Origin: Gemmatimonadaceae bacterium
Lineage (GTDB): Bacteria; Gemmatimonadota; Gemmatimonadetes; Gemmatimonadales; Gemmatimonadaceae
Direction of reading: 5' to 3'
NCBI GenBank assembly: GCA_040901985.1
Contig: JBBDYC010000005.1
Coordinates: 1-56,412, forward strand
Length of the DNA: 56,412 bases
Shown here: piece after piece, positions 20,333 through 29,486 of the stretch
Numbering within the stretch: position 1 is the first letter of the stretch
Layout: every line of letters starts with the position of its first letter
The notes under the pieces: generated by a model
What the model saw: the letters and a program-made list of their open reading frames with translations, nothing else
What the model was told of the DNA's origin: nothing
Database searches by the model: none
Position numbers and translations under genes: made by a program

Positions 20333-21579
20333 CAGTCCGCCATGCCGCGGATGATTGCGTCGCCGAAGCCGCTCGTCGTGACCTCGGTCGCGCCCGGCAT
20401 CTGGCGCGCGAGGTCATAGGTGACCGTCTTCGCGGCAATCGCCTGCTCGACCCCGCGCACGATCAGCGCCCCGGCCTCGTCCCACCCCATCTGCTCGAAC
20501 ATCATCACGCCGGAGAGGATCACGCTCCCTGGATTGATCTTGTCGAGCCCGGCGTACTTGGGGGCCGTCCCGTGCGTCGCCTCGAACACCGCCGCCTCGT
20601 CCCCGACGTTGGCCCCGGGTGCGATCCCCAGCCCGCCCACCTCCGCCGCCAGCGCGTCGGAGATGTAGTCGCCGTTGAGATTCGGCGTCGCCACCACCGA
20701 GTACTCGTCCGGCCGCAGGAGGATCTGCTGGAACATCGAGTCGGCGATCCGGTCCTTCAAGACCACTGCGTCGGCGCGCGCCTTGCCCCCCGCCTTCTCG
20801 AGGTCCGCCTCGGCCACCACGTGCTCGCCGAACTTCTCCTTGGCGAGCTCGTAACCCCAGTCACGGAAGGCCCCCTCGGTGAACTTCATGATGTTTCCCT
20901 TGTGCATCATCGTCACCGACGGCTTGTGATGCCGGATCGCGTAGTTGAGCGCCTTGTTGATCAGCCGCTTCGACCCGAAGGCCGACATCGGCTTGATCCC
21001 GATCGCCGACTGCGGGCGGATCGTCTTCTTGAATTCCGTTTCGATGAAGAGACGCAGCTTCTCTGCCTCGGCGCTCCCCGCCTTGAACTCGATCCCCGAG
21101 TAGACGTCCTCGATGTTCTCGCGGAAGATGACGATGTCCACCTTCTCCGGGTGCTTCACCGGCGCGCCGACGCCCTGGAAGTAGCGCACCGGGCGGATGC
21201 ACGCGTAGAGGTCGAGTTCCTGCCGGAGCGCCACATTGAGCGAGCGGATCCCGCCGCCGACCGGCGTCGTCAACGGCCCCTTAATCGCGATCTTGAACTC
21301 ACGCACCGCCTCGAGCGATTCGGCGGGCATCCACTCGCCGGTCCGCTGGTGCGCCTTCTCCCCCGCGAGCACTTCCATCCAGTGGATCCGGCGCTTGCCG
21401 CCATACGCGCGCTCGACCGCGGCGTCGAACACACGCACGCTGGCGCGCCAGATGTCCGGGCCGGTGCCGTCGCCTTCGATGAATGGGATGATCGGCTGGT
21501 CGGGGACGCTGAACGTCCCGCCGGAGGCCTCGATGCGCTCGCCCTTGGTGGGGACGGTCGCGTGCTGGTACTTGGTCAT
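20332..21579 (-). CDS. icd: NADP-dependent isocitrate dehydrogenase (E. coli-type homodimer)
   Basis: [62 protein letters not shown]. Confidence 0.97.
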   Translation of the reverse strand: MTKYQHATVPTKGERIEASGGTFSVPDQPIIPFIEGDGTGPDIWRASVRVFDAAVERAYGGKRRIHWMEVLAGEKAHQRTGEWMPAESLEAVREFKIAIKGPLTTPVGGGIRSLNVALRQELDLYACIRPVRYFQGVGAPVKHPEKVDIVIFRENIEDVYSGIEFKAGSAEAEKLRLFIETEFKKTIRPQSAIGIKPMSAFGSKRLINKALNYAIRHHKPSVTMMHKGNIMKFTEGAFRDWGYELAKEKFGEHVVAEADLEKAGGKARADAVVLKDRIADSMFQQILLRPDEYSVVATPNLNGDYISDALAAEVGGLGIAPGANVGDEAAVFEATHGTAPKYAGLDKINPGSVILSGVMMFEQMGWDEAGALIVRGVEQAIAAKTVTYDLARQMPGATEVTTSGFGDAIIRGMAD

Positions 21580-21610
21580 CGGGTGTCGGTTTGATTTTAA
21601 GTACGGAAAG

Positions 21611-22777
21611 CTACTGCGATTCGTGGTACCACCGCTGTGCCGCAGCCAGGCCCGAGCCGTACGGCACCGGAATCCCCGCATCGTGCATCGCCAGCTCCGC
21701 ACCGCCGATCGCGCCCAGCAGCATCAGCGCGTTGCAGTCGCCCAGATGCCCGATCCGGAACACCTTGCCATTCAGCCGGCCGAGCCCGGAGCCGAGGGCG
21801 AGGTCCCAGCGGGTGAACGCGGCGTCAATGACGTGGCGCGCGTCCTTGCCGTCCGGCACGACGATTGCCGTCACGGTATTGGAGCGGCGTTCGGGGTCGC
21901 GCGCGCAGAGCCTGAGACCCCACGCGGCCACCGCGCGCCGTACGCCTTCGGCGAGCCGCGCGTGCCGCCCGTGGATCGCCGCAAACCCCTCCTCCTCCAT
22001 CAGGTCCAACGCCTCGCGGAGGCCGAAGAGATGGGCGAGCGGCGGCGTGTAGGGAAAATAGCCCTGGTCGTTGTGGAGGATCTGCGGCCGGAGGTCGAAG
22101 TAGGCCCGGTGGAATCCCGCCTTCTCGACGCACCCGAGCGCCTTGGGCGAGAGGCAGATCATCCCGAGGCCCGCCGGCATCATGAAGCCCTTCTGCGAAC
22201 TCGTGATCGCCACGTCCACGCCCCAGTCGTCGAGCCGGAACTCGAGCGACCCGATCGAGCTCACGCCGTCCACCATCAGGAGGGCCGGATGCTTGGCTGC
22301 GTCCATCGCCTCGCGGAGCGACACGATGTCGTTCGTCACGCCGGTGGCGGTCTCGTTGTGCACGACGAGTACGGCCTTGAGCGCATGCGCGGCGTCGCGT
22401 GCGAGCGCTTCACCCACCTGGCCGGCATCGAACGCCTCTCCCCACTCGATGTCAATCACCTCGGCCTTCAGGCCGAGGCGTTCGGCGGTGTCAATGAAGA
22501 GGTGGGAGAACTGCCCCTGCCGTACGGCAAGCACCCGGTCGCCCGGATGGAGCGTGTTGAGGATTGCTGCCTCCCACATCCCGGTGCCGGTGGCCGCGAA
22601 GAGGAAGGGGCGTCCCTCGGTGGTCCCGAAGACCGGCTTGATGTCCTTGAGCAGGCCGTGGGTGAGCGTCGGAAAGGCGCTCGACCGATGATCCTCCTGG
22701 GCGCGGTGCATGGCGCGGAGGACGCGGTCGGGGACGTTCGACGGACCGGGGACGAACAGGTGGTGACGGCCGGGCAT
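21611..22777 (-). CDS. Class V PLP aminotransferase, serine/aspartate:glyoxylate aminotransferase-like
   Basis: LFVPGP, DHRS, HNETATG, DGVSS, SQKG (PLP lysine), YFPYTP, FRIGHLG. Confidence 0.9.
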   Translation of the reverse strand: MPGRHHLFVPGPSNVPDRVLRAMHRAQEDHRSSAFPTLTHGLLKDIKPVFGTTEGRPFLFAATGTGMWEAAILNTLHPGDRVLAVRQGQFSHLFIDTAERLGLKAEVIDIEWGEAFDAGQVGEALARDAAHALKAVLVVHNETATGVTNDIVSLREAMDAAKHPALLMVDGVSSIGSLEFRLDDWGVDVAITSSQKGFMMPAGLGMICLSPKALGCVEKAGFHRAYFDLRPQILHNDQGYFPYTPPLAHLFGLREALDLMEEEGFAAIHGRHARLAEGVRRAVAAWGLRLCARDPERRSNTVTAIVVPDGKDARHVIDAAFTRWDLALGSGLGRLNGKVFRIGHLGDCNALMLLGAIGGAELAMHDAGIPVPYGSGLAAAQRWYHESQ

Positions 22778-22904
22778 TCGTACCGTGGGAGGAAGCGGAG
22801 GGAGTGGGACGCGTCGTCTCCCGAATGTAGCGTGCGAGGGTGGCCGCGCCTACGGTTCTCGCTGGCGCGCCAACCCCGACCCGGCGTTCGCCCGCGCCCG
22901 ACTA

Positions 22905-22988
22905 TGCCCGGAGTGGGAATCGAACCCACAAGAGGTTGCCCTCGGGGGATTTTGAGTCCCCTGCGTCTGCCAGTTCCGCCATCCGGGC
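22905..22988 (-). tRNA. tRNA-Leu(CAA)
   Basis: Acceptor stem GCCCGGA/TCCGGGC, D-loop GG, anticodon arm GGGGA-CTCAAAA-TCCCC, long variable arm, GGTTCGATTCC T-arm; 3' CCA not encoded. Confidence 0.97.
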
Positions 22989-23037
22989 GACGACCTCCGA
23001 AAAGTAACCGGACAGCCGCCGCGGCGACGGCGGCGCG

Positions 23038-23631
23038 CTAGGGTCGTGGCTGCGGGCGGCGGACGCCCCCCGGCGGCTGGCGTCCCACCGGCGGCCGGCG
23101 ACCAGGCGCCGCCTGCATCCCCGGCGCGCGCCGATCCCGCATCTCCATCATGCGCTGGCGAATCTGCTCCTCCATCCCGAACAATCGCGCCCGTTGCACC
23201 GGCGTGAGGAAGGTCGCCAACTCCTTCTGCTCGGCCTCGATGAGATCGAGCCGCTTGCGTTGCACCTGCATCATTCCGTCGAGGAGCGTGGCGACCTCTG
23301 CCTGGCGCGTCGAGTCGCCGCGCTGCAGCTCCTCACGCAACCGCATCCGCGCGTTACGCTCCTCGGCGAAGAGGGCGCGGCGCTGGCCCTCGAACTGCCG
23401 GTTGGTCGCCTGCAGTCGGCGCACCTGGTCGTCGCTCAGCCCGAGCTGCGTCGTGAGCATCTGGCCCATCCGGTCCCGGACGCGGACCTCGAGCGAATCG
23501 CGCCGGGCGGCCTCTGCCCGCTGCTCGCGATCGCGCGGCTGGGGGCGGTCCTGGGCGACCAGCGCGCGCCCGCCGCCGGACACCGCGAGGATGACGGCCG
23601 CGAAGGCCGCGCGAACGATGACGTATCGCAT
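23038..23631 (-). CDS. Secreted Spy/CpxP-like helical periplasmic protein
   Basis: Signal peptide, LGLSDDQ and FLTPVQRA (LTxxQ-like) motifs, Met/Arg-rich helices. Confidence 0.72.
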   Translation of the reverse strand: MRYVIVRAAFAAVILAVSGGGRALVAQDRPQPRDREQRAEAARRDSLEVRVRDRMGQMLTTQLGLSDDQVRRLQATNRQFEGQRRALFAEERNARMRLREELQRGDSTRQAEVATLLDGMMQVQRKRLDLIEAEQKELATFLTPVQRARLFGMEEQIRQRMMEMRDRRAPGMQAAPGRRPPVGRQPPGGVRRPQPRP

Positions 23632-24233
23632 CAGATGCCCTCTGGCGCCGCGACGAGCGGCTGTCGCATGGTGATCGGCTCGGCGGCCACCGTGGCCTCC
23701 AGCCCGTCGAGCTCGACGAGGAATGCCGTCAGTTCGTCGGCGCCAAGGTCGGCCAGGTCAATCGCGCCGAGCAGGTCCACCGGCACGGCCAGGCCTGCGC
23801 GGCGCCCGCTGTCGGCAGTCGTGCCGTCACTGCCGGCCGTCACACCGGTCCGCTCGCCGTAGAAGCGCTCGAGAACGGTGAGCGAGAGCGTGCCGACGAT
23901 GAGCAACGACGCCGCGGCCGCGAGGTAGCGGCGCGGCATCCAGTTCGCCCTCCCCGCTCGCCGCGTACGCTCGACGCGAAGCGGCGGGCGAGCTGCCGCG
24001 CGCTCCGCGCCGACCGGCGGCGACGGAAGCGACCGCACGATCGCCGCGGGATCCACCGCCGGCGTGGCGGCCGCGAAGACACGCGACGCGGCGCGCAGGA
24101 GCGCGAGCTCGGCCGCGCAGTCCGGGCACGTCGCGAGATGCTCGCGCGCCCGAGCCGCCTCGTGCACCCCGAGCACATCGTGTGCCATCAGGGGAAGCAG
24201 GTCTCGCATCGTCTCGTTCGTGCAGTCAGTCAT
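23631..24233 (-). CDS. Zinc-binding (zf-HC2) membrane anti-sigma factor
   Basis: HLATCPDC (HxxxCxxC), single TM helix YLAAAASLLIVGTLSLTVL; directly after an ECF sigma. Confidence 0.85.
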   Translation of the reverse strand: MTDCTNETMRDLLPLMAHDVLGVHEAARAREHLATCPDCAAELALLRAASRVFAAATPAVDPAAIVRSLPSPPVGAERAAARPPLRVERTRRAGRANWMPRRYLAAAASLLIVGTLSLTVLERFYGERTGVTAGSDGTTADSGRRAGLAVPVDLLGAIDLADLGADELTAFLVELDGLEATVAAEPITMRQPLVAAPEGI

Positions 24234-24783
24234 CGCGTAGATGCTCCTTGATCGTCCGTATCGCGTTGTGGTAGTGCACGCGGCACGCGCCCTCCGTGCT
24301 GCCGACGACCTTCGCAATGTCCGCGTAGGCCATCCCTTCGTTCACCCGCAGCGTGAAGACCTCGCGCTGCAGCGCCGTCAGGCGGTTCACCGCCTCCTGC
24401 ACCTGCCGCGCCGTCTCCTCGCCGACCAGGGCGTCCAGCGCGTCATACTCGACCACCGCGTCCCGCTCGTCCAGCTCCTCCGTGTCGCGCCGTCGCCGCT
24501 CGGCACGCTTCCGGTCCAGCAGGAGTCGTCGGCAGATCGTGAAGAGCCAGGTCCTGAGCGAACTGTCAGCGCGAAACGTGCCGAGCGAGTTGAAGGCGCG
24601 TACAAAGGTGTCCTGCACCAGCTCGTCCACTTCCACCCGCTCTCCCAGACTGGCGGCGAACCGGGCGAGCGGTCGGGCGTGCCGATCCACCAACAACGCC
24701 GCGGCCCGCTGGTCCCCCGACTGCCATCGGGCGATCAACTCCGCGTCGGTCGCTTGATGGGCTGCCTCGGTCACTGCGTGCAT
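24226..24783 (-). CDS. ECF RNA polymerase sigma factor
   Basis: DELVQDTF, SLRTWLFTI, region 4 QREVFTLR..EGMAYADIA. Confidence 0.92.
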   Translation of the reverse strand: MHAVTEAAHQATDAELIARWQSGDQRAAALLVDRHARPLARFAASLGERVEVDELVQDTFVRAFNSLGTFRADSSLRTWLFTICRRLLLDRKRAERRRRDTEELDERDAVVEYDALDALVGEETARQVQEAVNRLTALQREVFTLRVNEGMAYADIAKVVGSTEGACRVHYHNAIRTIKEHLRDD

Positions 24784-24819
24784 GGCCTCGTGAATGGGAC
24801 GCCTTGGCCGGACGCACGT

Positions 24820-24826
24820 TAAGATA
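24820..24826. promoter_or_regulatory. Overlapping divergent -10 hexamers (TAAGAT on +, TATCTT on -)
   Basis: TAAGAT 24820-24825 lies 6 nt before the GTG of the GDPD gene; TATCTT 24826-24821 points at the ECF sigma. Confidence 0.5.
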
Positions 24827-24831
24827 CGCCC

Positions 24832-25449
24832 GTGCCCCGCCCCGAGATCATCGCCCACCGCGGCGCCTCCCGTGAACGCCCGGAGAACACCCTCGCCGCC
24901 TTTGCCCGGGCGATGGAACTCGGCGCCGACGCGGTGGAGTTGGACGTGCACCTGCACGCCGACGGGGTGGTGCGGGTGCACCACGACGCCCAACTCGCGG
25001 CGGGCGCGCCCGCCCCTCCCACGCTCGACGAGGTGCTGGCCCTGCTGGGCGGCAAGCTGACCGCCTATTGCGAACTCAAGGGTCCCGGCTCGGCGCGGGG
25101 AACGCTGGAGGCCATCCAACGCGCCGTCGCCCGCGCCGCCGTGCACGCCTTCGACCACCGGCAGGTGGCCGAGGCCCGTCAGCTATCCCCCGACGTTCCG
25201 CGCGGCGTGCTCGAGGCCAGCTATCCGGTGCATCCGCTCGAGGCGCTGCAGGCCGTCGGTGGACGGGACCTCTGGCGCCACCGGGACTTCGTGGACGAGG
25301 CGCTCGTCGCCGCCGCCCACGCGGCCGGAGCCCGCGTCATCGCCTGGACGGTGAACGACCCCCCGACGATGACCCGGTTTGCCGCGTGGGGCGTGGACGG
25401 GCTTTGCACCGATGATGTCGCGCTGGCCCATCGCGTGCTCGGCGCGTAG
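24832..25449 (+). CDS. Glycerophosphodiester phosphodiesterase (compact, cytoplasmic)
   Basis: IAHRGAS, ENTLAAF, ELDVH, HHD, ELK, WTVN, GVDGLCTD. Confidence 0.92.
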   Translation: MPRPEIIAHRGASRERPENTLAAFARAMELGADAVELDVHLHADGVVRVHHDAQLAAGAPAPPTLDEVLALLGGKLTAYCELKGPGSARGTLEAIQRAVARAAVHAFDHRQVAEARQLSPDVPRGVLEASYPVHPLEALQAVGGRDLWRHRDFVDEALVAAAHAAGARVIAWTVNDPPTMTRFAAWGVDGLCTDDVALAHRVLGA

Positions 25450-25544
25450 CTTCCCCGTCCCCCACCGGTTCTGTCGCGTCCGGCGCACATCCGACCGAGG
25501 TGCCGCGCCGCGTTGGTCAACGCCTGCTGAGGATTTCCCGTCCG

Positions 25545-26963
25545 ATGCCCACGTTTCGTCTTCTGCTGACGCTCGCGCTGGCCGGGTGCGCCAGCGCCCC
25601 GGCCGCCCAGGCTCCGGCGCCGGCGAGCACCGCTCCGGCGGCCACGCTCCCCCCGGGCGCGTACTCGCGCCCCAACGCCGACGCGTTCCCCAGCACCTAC
25701 GTGCCGTTCCCGTCCACCACGACGGTGATCCGGAACGTCCACATCTACACGGCGGCCGGCCCGCTCATCCGGAACGGCGCCATCCTCCTCGAGAACGGGA
25801 AGATTGCCGCCGTCGGCGCCAGCGTGACCGCGCCGGCCGGCGCCGCGGTGATTGACGGTCAGGGCCGATACGTCACGCCCGGGCTGATTGACACGCACTC
25901 GCACCTCGGCGTCTATCCGGCCCCGGGCACGGCGGCGCACAACGACGGCAACGAGTTGGTGAATCCCGTTACCGGGTATGTCTGGGCCGAGCACTCGGTC
26001 TGGCCGCAGGATCCGCAGTTCCCGCGCGTGCTTGCCGGCGGCACCACCACCATCCAGGTGTTGCCCGGCTCCGGCAACCTGATCGGCGGGCGCGGCGTCA
26101 CGCTCAAGGTCGTCCCGTCGCGCTCGGTGCAGGGGATGAAGTTTCCCGGCGCGCCGCACGGCCTCAAGATGGCCTGCGGCGAGAATCCCAAGCGCGTCTA
26201 TGCCAGCCGTGGCCCCTCCACGCGCATGGCCAACGTCTCGGGCTATCGCACGGCGTGGATCAACGCCGAACGGTACCGCCGCAGCTGGGACAAGTGGATC
26301 GCCAAGCCCGAGGGCGACCCGCCGGCTCGCGACCTGAACAACGAGACCCTCGCCGATGTCCTGCGCGGCAACATCCTCGTCCACAATCACTGCTACCAGG
26401 CGGACGAGATGATGCAGATGATTGATATCGCCCGCGAGTTCGGTTATTCGATCCGCTCGTTCCACCACGGCGTCGAGACGTACAAGATTGCCGACGTCCT
26501 GGCGCGCGAGAACATCTCGGCGTCCATCTGGTCGGACTGGGGTGGCTTCAAGATGGAGGCGCTTGACGGCATCAAGGCCAACATCGGCCTGACGCACGCC
26601 GCCGGCGCGCGGACGATCGTCCACTCCGACGACCCGTCGTATTCGCAGCGGCTCAACCAGGAAGCGTCCAAGTCCCTTGCCGCCGCGCGCCGTGCCGGCC
26701 TGACGATCACCGAGGACGAGGCGATCACGTGGATCACCATCAACGCCGCGTGGGCGCTCGGGATCCACGACCAGACCGGCTCGATTGAGGTCGGCAAGAA
26801 CGCCGACCTCGTGCTTTGGTCGGGCGACCCCTTCAGCGTCTACACGCGCGCCGAGAAGGTCTGGATTGACGGTGCCCTGCTCTATGACCGGAATGACCCG
26901 GCGATGCAGTGGCGCACCGACTTCGAACTCGGCTACGTGCCGACGCCGGGAGGGAACCGCTGA
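25545..26963 (+). CDS. Metal-dependent amidohydrolase, lipoprotein
   Basis: Lipobox LAGC; PGLIDTHSH, KMACGENP, HNH, HHG, HSDD, GSIEVGKNADLVLW. Confidence 0.9.
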   Translation: MPTFRLLLTLALAGCASAPAAQAPAPASTAPAATLPPGAYSRPNADAFPSTYVPFPSTTTVIRNVHIYTAAGPLIRNGAILLENGKIAAVGASVTAPAGAAVIDGQGRYVTPGLIDTHSHLGVYPAPGTAAHNDGNELVNPVTGYVWAEHSVWPQDPQFPRVLAGGTTTIQVLPGSGNLIGGRGVTLKVVPSRSVQGMKFPGAPHGLKMACGENPKRVYASRGPSTRMANVSGYRTAWINAERYRRSWDKWIAKPEGDPPARDLNNETLADVLRGNILVHNHCYQADEMMQMIDIAREFGYSIRSFHHGVETYKIADVLARENISASIWSDWGGFKMEALDGIKANIGLTHAAGARTIVHSDDPSYSQRLNQEASKSLAAARRAGLTITEDEAITWITINAAWALGIHDQTGSIEVGKNADLVLWSGDPFSVYTRAEKVWIDGALLYDRNDPAMQWRTDFELGYVPTPGGNR

Positions 26964-28264
26964 TGCGCGCTCCAACGTTCACGCGCCTCGCGGCGCTCAC
27001 GGTCCTCGTCGCCGCGTCGGCGGAGGCGCAGACGATCGCCATCACCGGCGGGACGGTCTACCCGGTGAGCGGCCCACGGATCGAGAATGGCACGGTACTC
27101 ATCCGCAACGGCCGGATCGTCGCGGTCGGCGCGAACGTCGCCATCCCCGCCGAGGCCCAGCGGGTGGACGCCACCGGCAAGTGGGTGACGCCCGGCTTCA
27201 TCAACTCGGCCACGACGCTCGGGCTTTCCGAGTCCGGCAACCCGCAGTTCTCGGGTGGCTACAATGACGGCTCGGCGCGCGGCAGCAACGGGATTGCCGC
27301 CGCCTTCGAGGCCTGGAAGGGACTGAACCCGGCCAACACGCTCTTCGGGCCCGCGCGCAGCGAAGGCGTGACGTCAGTGCTCGTCGGCCCGGGGGGCGGC
27401 GGAATGGTGCGCGGCAAGGCGGCGCTGATTGACCTCGTCGAGGCGTCCACGGCCAACGCGATGGTCCGGAAGGGTCCGGTGGTGATGGTCGGGGTCTACG
27501 GCAACCCGGGGAGCGGCCAGACCAACTCCCGCGCCGAATTCTGGGCCAAGTGGCGCGAGCTCTTCGACGACGTGAAGGCGTACCAGACGCGCCGCGCCGC
27601 CTTCGAGAGCGGCAACACACGCACATTCGTCGCCACCCGCGGCGACCTCGAGGCGCTCGTCCCGGTGGTCGCCGGCCAGATGCCGCTCGCGTTGACGGTG
27701 GACCGCGCCTCGGACATCCTCGAGGCGTTGGCGTTCGCCCGCGACTACGGCGTGAAGCTCTGGCTCTTCGACGCCGCCGAGGCGTGGATGGTGGCGCGCG
27801 AGATCGCCGCCGCCAACGTGCCGGTCTTCACCGGCGCGATGAACAACATCCCCGGCAGCTTCGCCTCACTCGGCCAGCGCCAGGAGAACGCCGCACTGCT
27901 CCGCGCCGCCGGCGTCTCGGTGGCGCTGATCGGCAACGGCCCGGGCGATCCGGACGCCTTCAACGTCCGCAACATCCGTCAGGAGGCCGGCAACGCCGTG
28001 GCCTACGGGATGTCGTGGGAAGACGCACTGCGGGCCATCACGCTCGTCCCCGCCGAGCTGATGGGCGTCTCCGACCGCGTCGGCGCCATCGCCGTCGGCC
28101 GTGACGCAAACGTGGTGGTCTGGAGCGGGGATCCGTTCGAGTTCGCGTCGGTGGCCGAGCAGGTCTTCGTGCGGGGCCGGGTCATCACGACGAAGAGCCG
28201 GCAGGACCTGCTGACCGAGCGGTACCGCACCCTGCCTGGGCGGGGGTACCGGCCGCAGCCCTAG
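26963..28264 (+). CDS. Secreted amidohydrolase-fold protein lacking the canonical metal ligands
   Basis: Signal peptide (AEA-Q); VDATGKWVTPGF and GAIAVGRDANVVVWSGDPF fold motifs, but DxHxH is replaced by NSATT. Confidence 0.87.
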   Translation: MRAPTFTRLAALTVLVAASAEAQTIAITGGTVYPVSGPRIENGTVLIRNGRIVAVGANVAIPAEAQRVDATGKWVTPGFINSATTLGLSESGNPQFSGGYNDGSARGSNGIAAAFEAWKGLNPANTLFGPARSEGVTSVLVGPGGGGMVRGKAALIDLVEASTANAMVRKGPVVMVGVYGNPGSGQTNSRAEFWAKWRELFDDVKAYQTRRAAFESGNTRTFVATRGDLEALVPVVAGQMPLALTVDRASDILEALAFARDYGVKLWLFDAAEAWMVAREIAAANVPVFTGAMNNIPGSFASLGQRQENAALLRAAGVSVALIGNGPGDPDAFNVRNIRQEAGNAVAYGMSWEDALRAITLVPAELMGVSDRVGAIAVGRDANVVVWSGDPFEFASVAEQVFVRGRVITTKSRQDLLTERYRTLPGRGYRPQP

Positions 28265-28294
28265 CGGCACGCTCACAGCCGGGGAACGAAGCGG

Positions 28295-28672
28295 CTAGGC
28301 GGAAGCCGCCGGCTCCGACGGAGGGGTCGGCGGCTGGCCGTCCGCTGGCGGGTCGTTGGGCGGCTCCCGGGGCGGCTCCTTGGGCGGGTCCGTCGCGTCC
28401 CGGCGAAGGACTACCGCGAGTTCGCCCTCCAGTCGCTTCGCCTCGGCCTCGTGCTCCTTCAGCCCCTGATGGAGGCGTTCGAAGGTCTCCTCCTCGAGGT
28501 CCTTGCCGTCCTTCTTGGCGCGATGGACGGCATAGCCGAGCGCCTGCGCGGCCTTGTCGGCCTGCTGGCGGATCCGGAAGAGCTCGATGCGGATCTTGCC
28601 TTCGTCGAGGGCGCCCTTGGCCACGGTGCCGGCGCGGTCGAGTTCCTGTTGGACCTTCTCCCAGAGTCCCAT
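28295..28672 (-). CDS. Hypothetical coiled-coil protein with Pro-rich tail
   Basis: SD AGGAGG before the ATG, typical codon usage, heptad helical pattern. Confidence 0.8.
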   Translation of the reverse strand: MGLWEKVQQELDRAGTVAKGALDEGKIRIELFRIRQQADKAAQALGYAVHRAKKDGKDLEEETFERLHQGLKEHEAEAKRLEGELAVVLRRDATDPPKEPPREPPNDPPADGQPPTPPSEPAASA

Positions 28673-28729
28673 ACTGCCTCCTGTCTCCCCCTGCCTACGC
28701 TCGCCGCGTGCGGAAGGTTTCGACAGGTC

Positions 28730-28751
28730 GGCGCGGCCAGACGGCCGCGCC
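28730..28751 (-). terminator. GC-rich hairpin directly after rpmA (no U-tract)
   Basis: 9-bp stem GGCGCGGCC-4 nt-GGCCGCGCC, 4 nt past the rpmA stop. Confidence 0.5.
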
Positions 28752-28755
28752 CCGG

Positions 28756-29025
28756 TCAGGCGACCGCGGACTGCGACGGGTAGACCGAGACCTTGTAGCG
28801 GGTCTTCGACTTGTGCTCGAACTTCACCACGCCGTCAATGAGGGCGTAGATGGTGTAGTCCGTACCGAGGCCGACGTTGTTCCCGGGATGCCACTTCGTG
28901 CCGCACTGGCGGACGATGATGTTCCCCGCGATGACGCGCTCGCCGCCGAACTTCTTGACGCCGCGGTATTGCGGATTGGAATCGCGACCGTTGCGCGAGG
29001 AACCGACGCCTTTCTTGTGTGCCAT
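28756..29025 (-). CDS. rpmA: 50S ribosomal protein L27
   Basis: [25 protein letters not shown]. Confidence 0.98.
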   Translation of the reverse strand: MAHKKGVGSSRNGRDSNPQYRGVKKFGGERVIAGNIIVRQCGTKWHPGNNVGLGTDYTIYALIDGVVKFEHKSKTRYKVSVYPSQSAVA

Positions 29026-29044
29026 GGTATCGGGTCTCCCCGGG

Positions 29045-29362
29045 TCAGCCGAGGGTGATGTCGCGGATGCGGACTTCGGTAAAGCCCTGCCGATGTCCCT
29101 GCTTCTTCGCGTAGTTCTTGCGGCGCTTCATCTTGAAGACGACGATCTTGTCGCCGAGGCCGTGCTTGACGATCTCGGCAGTGACCGAGGCGCCCTTGAG
29201 CGTCGGCACGCCAACCTTGACCTTGTTGCCGTCGGAGCCGAGGAGCACATCGTTGAACTCGACGGTCGAGCCTTCGTCGCCGAGGAGGGTCGGCAGGCGG
29301 AGCGTGGTGCCCTTTTCGGCTCGGAACTGCTTGCCGCCGGAGCGGAAGATGGCGTACGACAT
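29045..29362 (-). CDS. rplU: 50S ribosomal protein L21
   Basis: [26 protein letters not shown]. Confidence 0.98.
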   Translation of the reverse strand: MSYAIFRSGGKQFRAEKGTTLRLPTLLGDEGSTVEFNDVLLGSDGNKVKVGVPTLKGASVTAEIVKHGLGDKIVVFKMKRRKNYAKKQGHRQGFTEVRIRDITLG

Positions 29363-29403
29363 TGGGGACATCTCGGAAGTATGCGGATTGATGCGAGCCT
29401 GAA

Positions 29404-29432
29404 ATAATACCTAGCCCGGCAACGGGAGTCAA
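29404..29432 (-). promoter_or_regulatory. Sigma70-type promoter for rplU-rpmA
   Basis: TTGACT (29432-29427), 17-nt spacer, TATTAT (29409-29404). Confidence 0.8.
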
Positions 29433-29486
29433 CTGGCTGGTATCACGGGACTTGGGACCTCTCCAGCCACTGGGTGGCCGGCCCGC

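Noticed and set aside
22778..23037. tRNA-Leu as an integration site for an island
   Set aside because: No integrase, no duplicated tRNA 3' end and no obvious compositional shift nearby. The missing encoded CCA is common.
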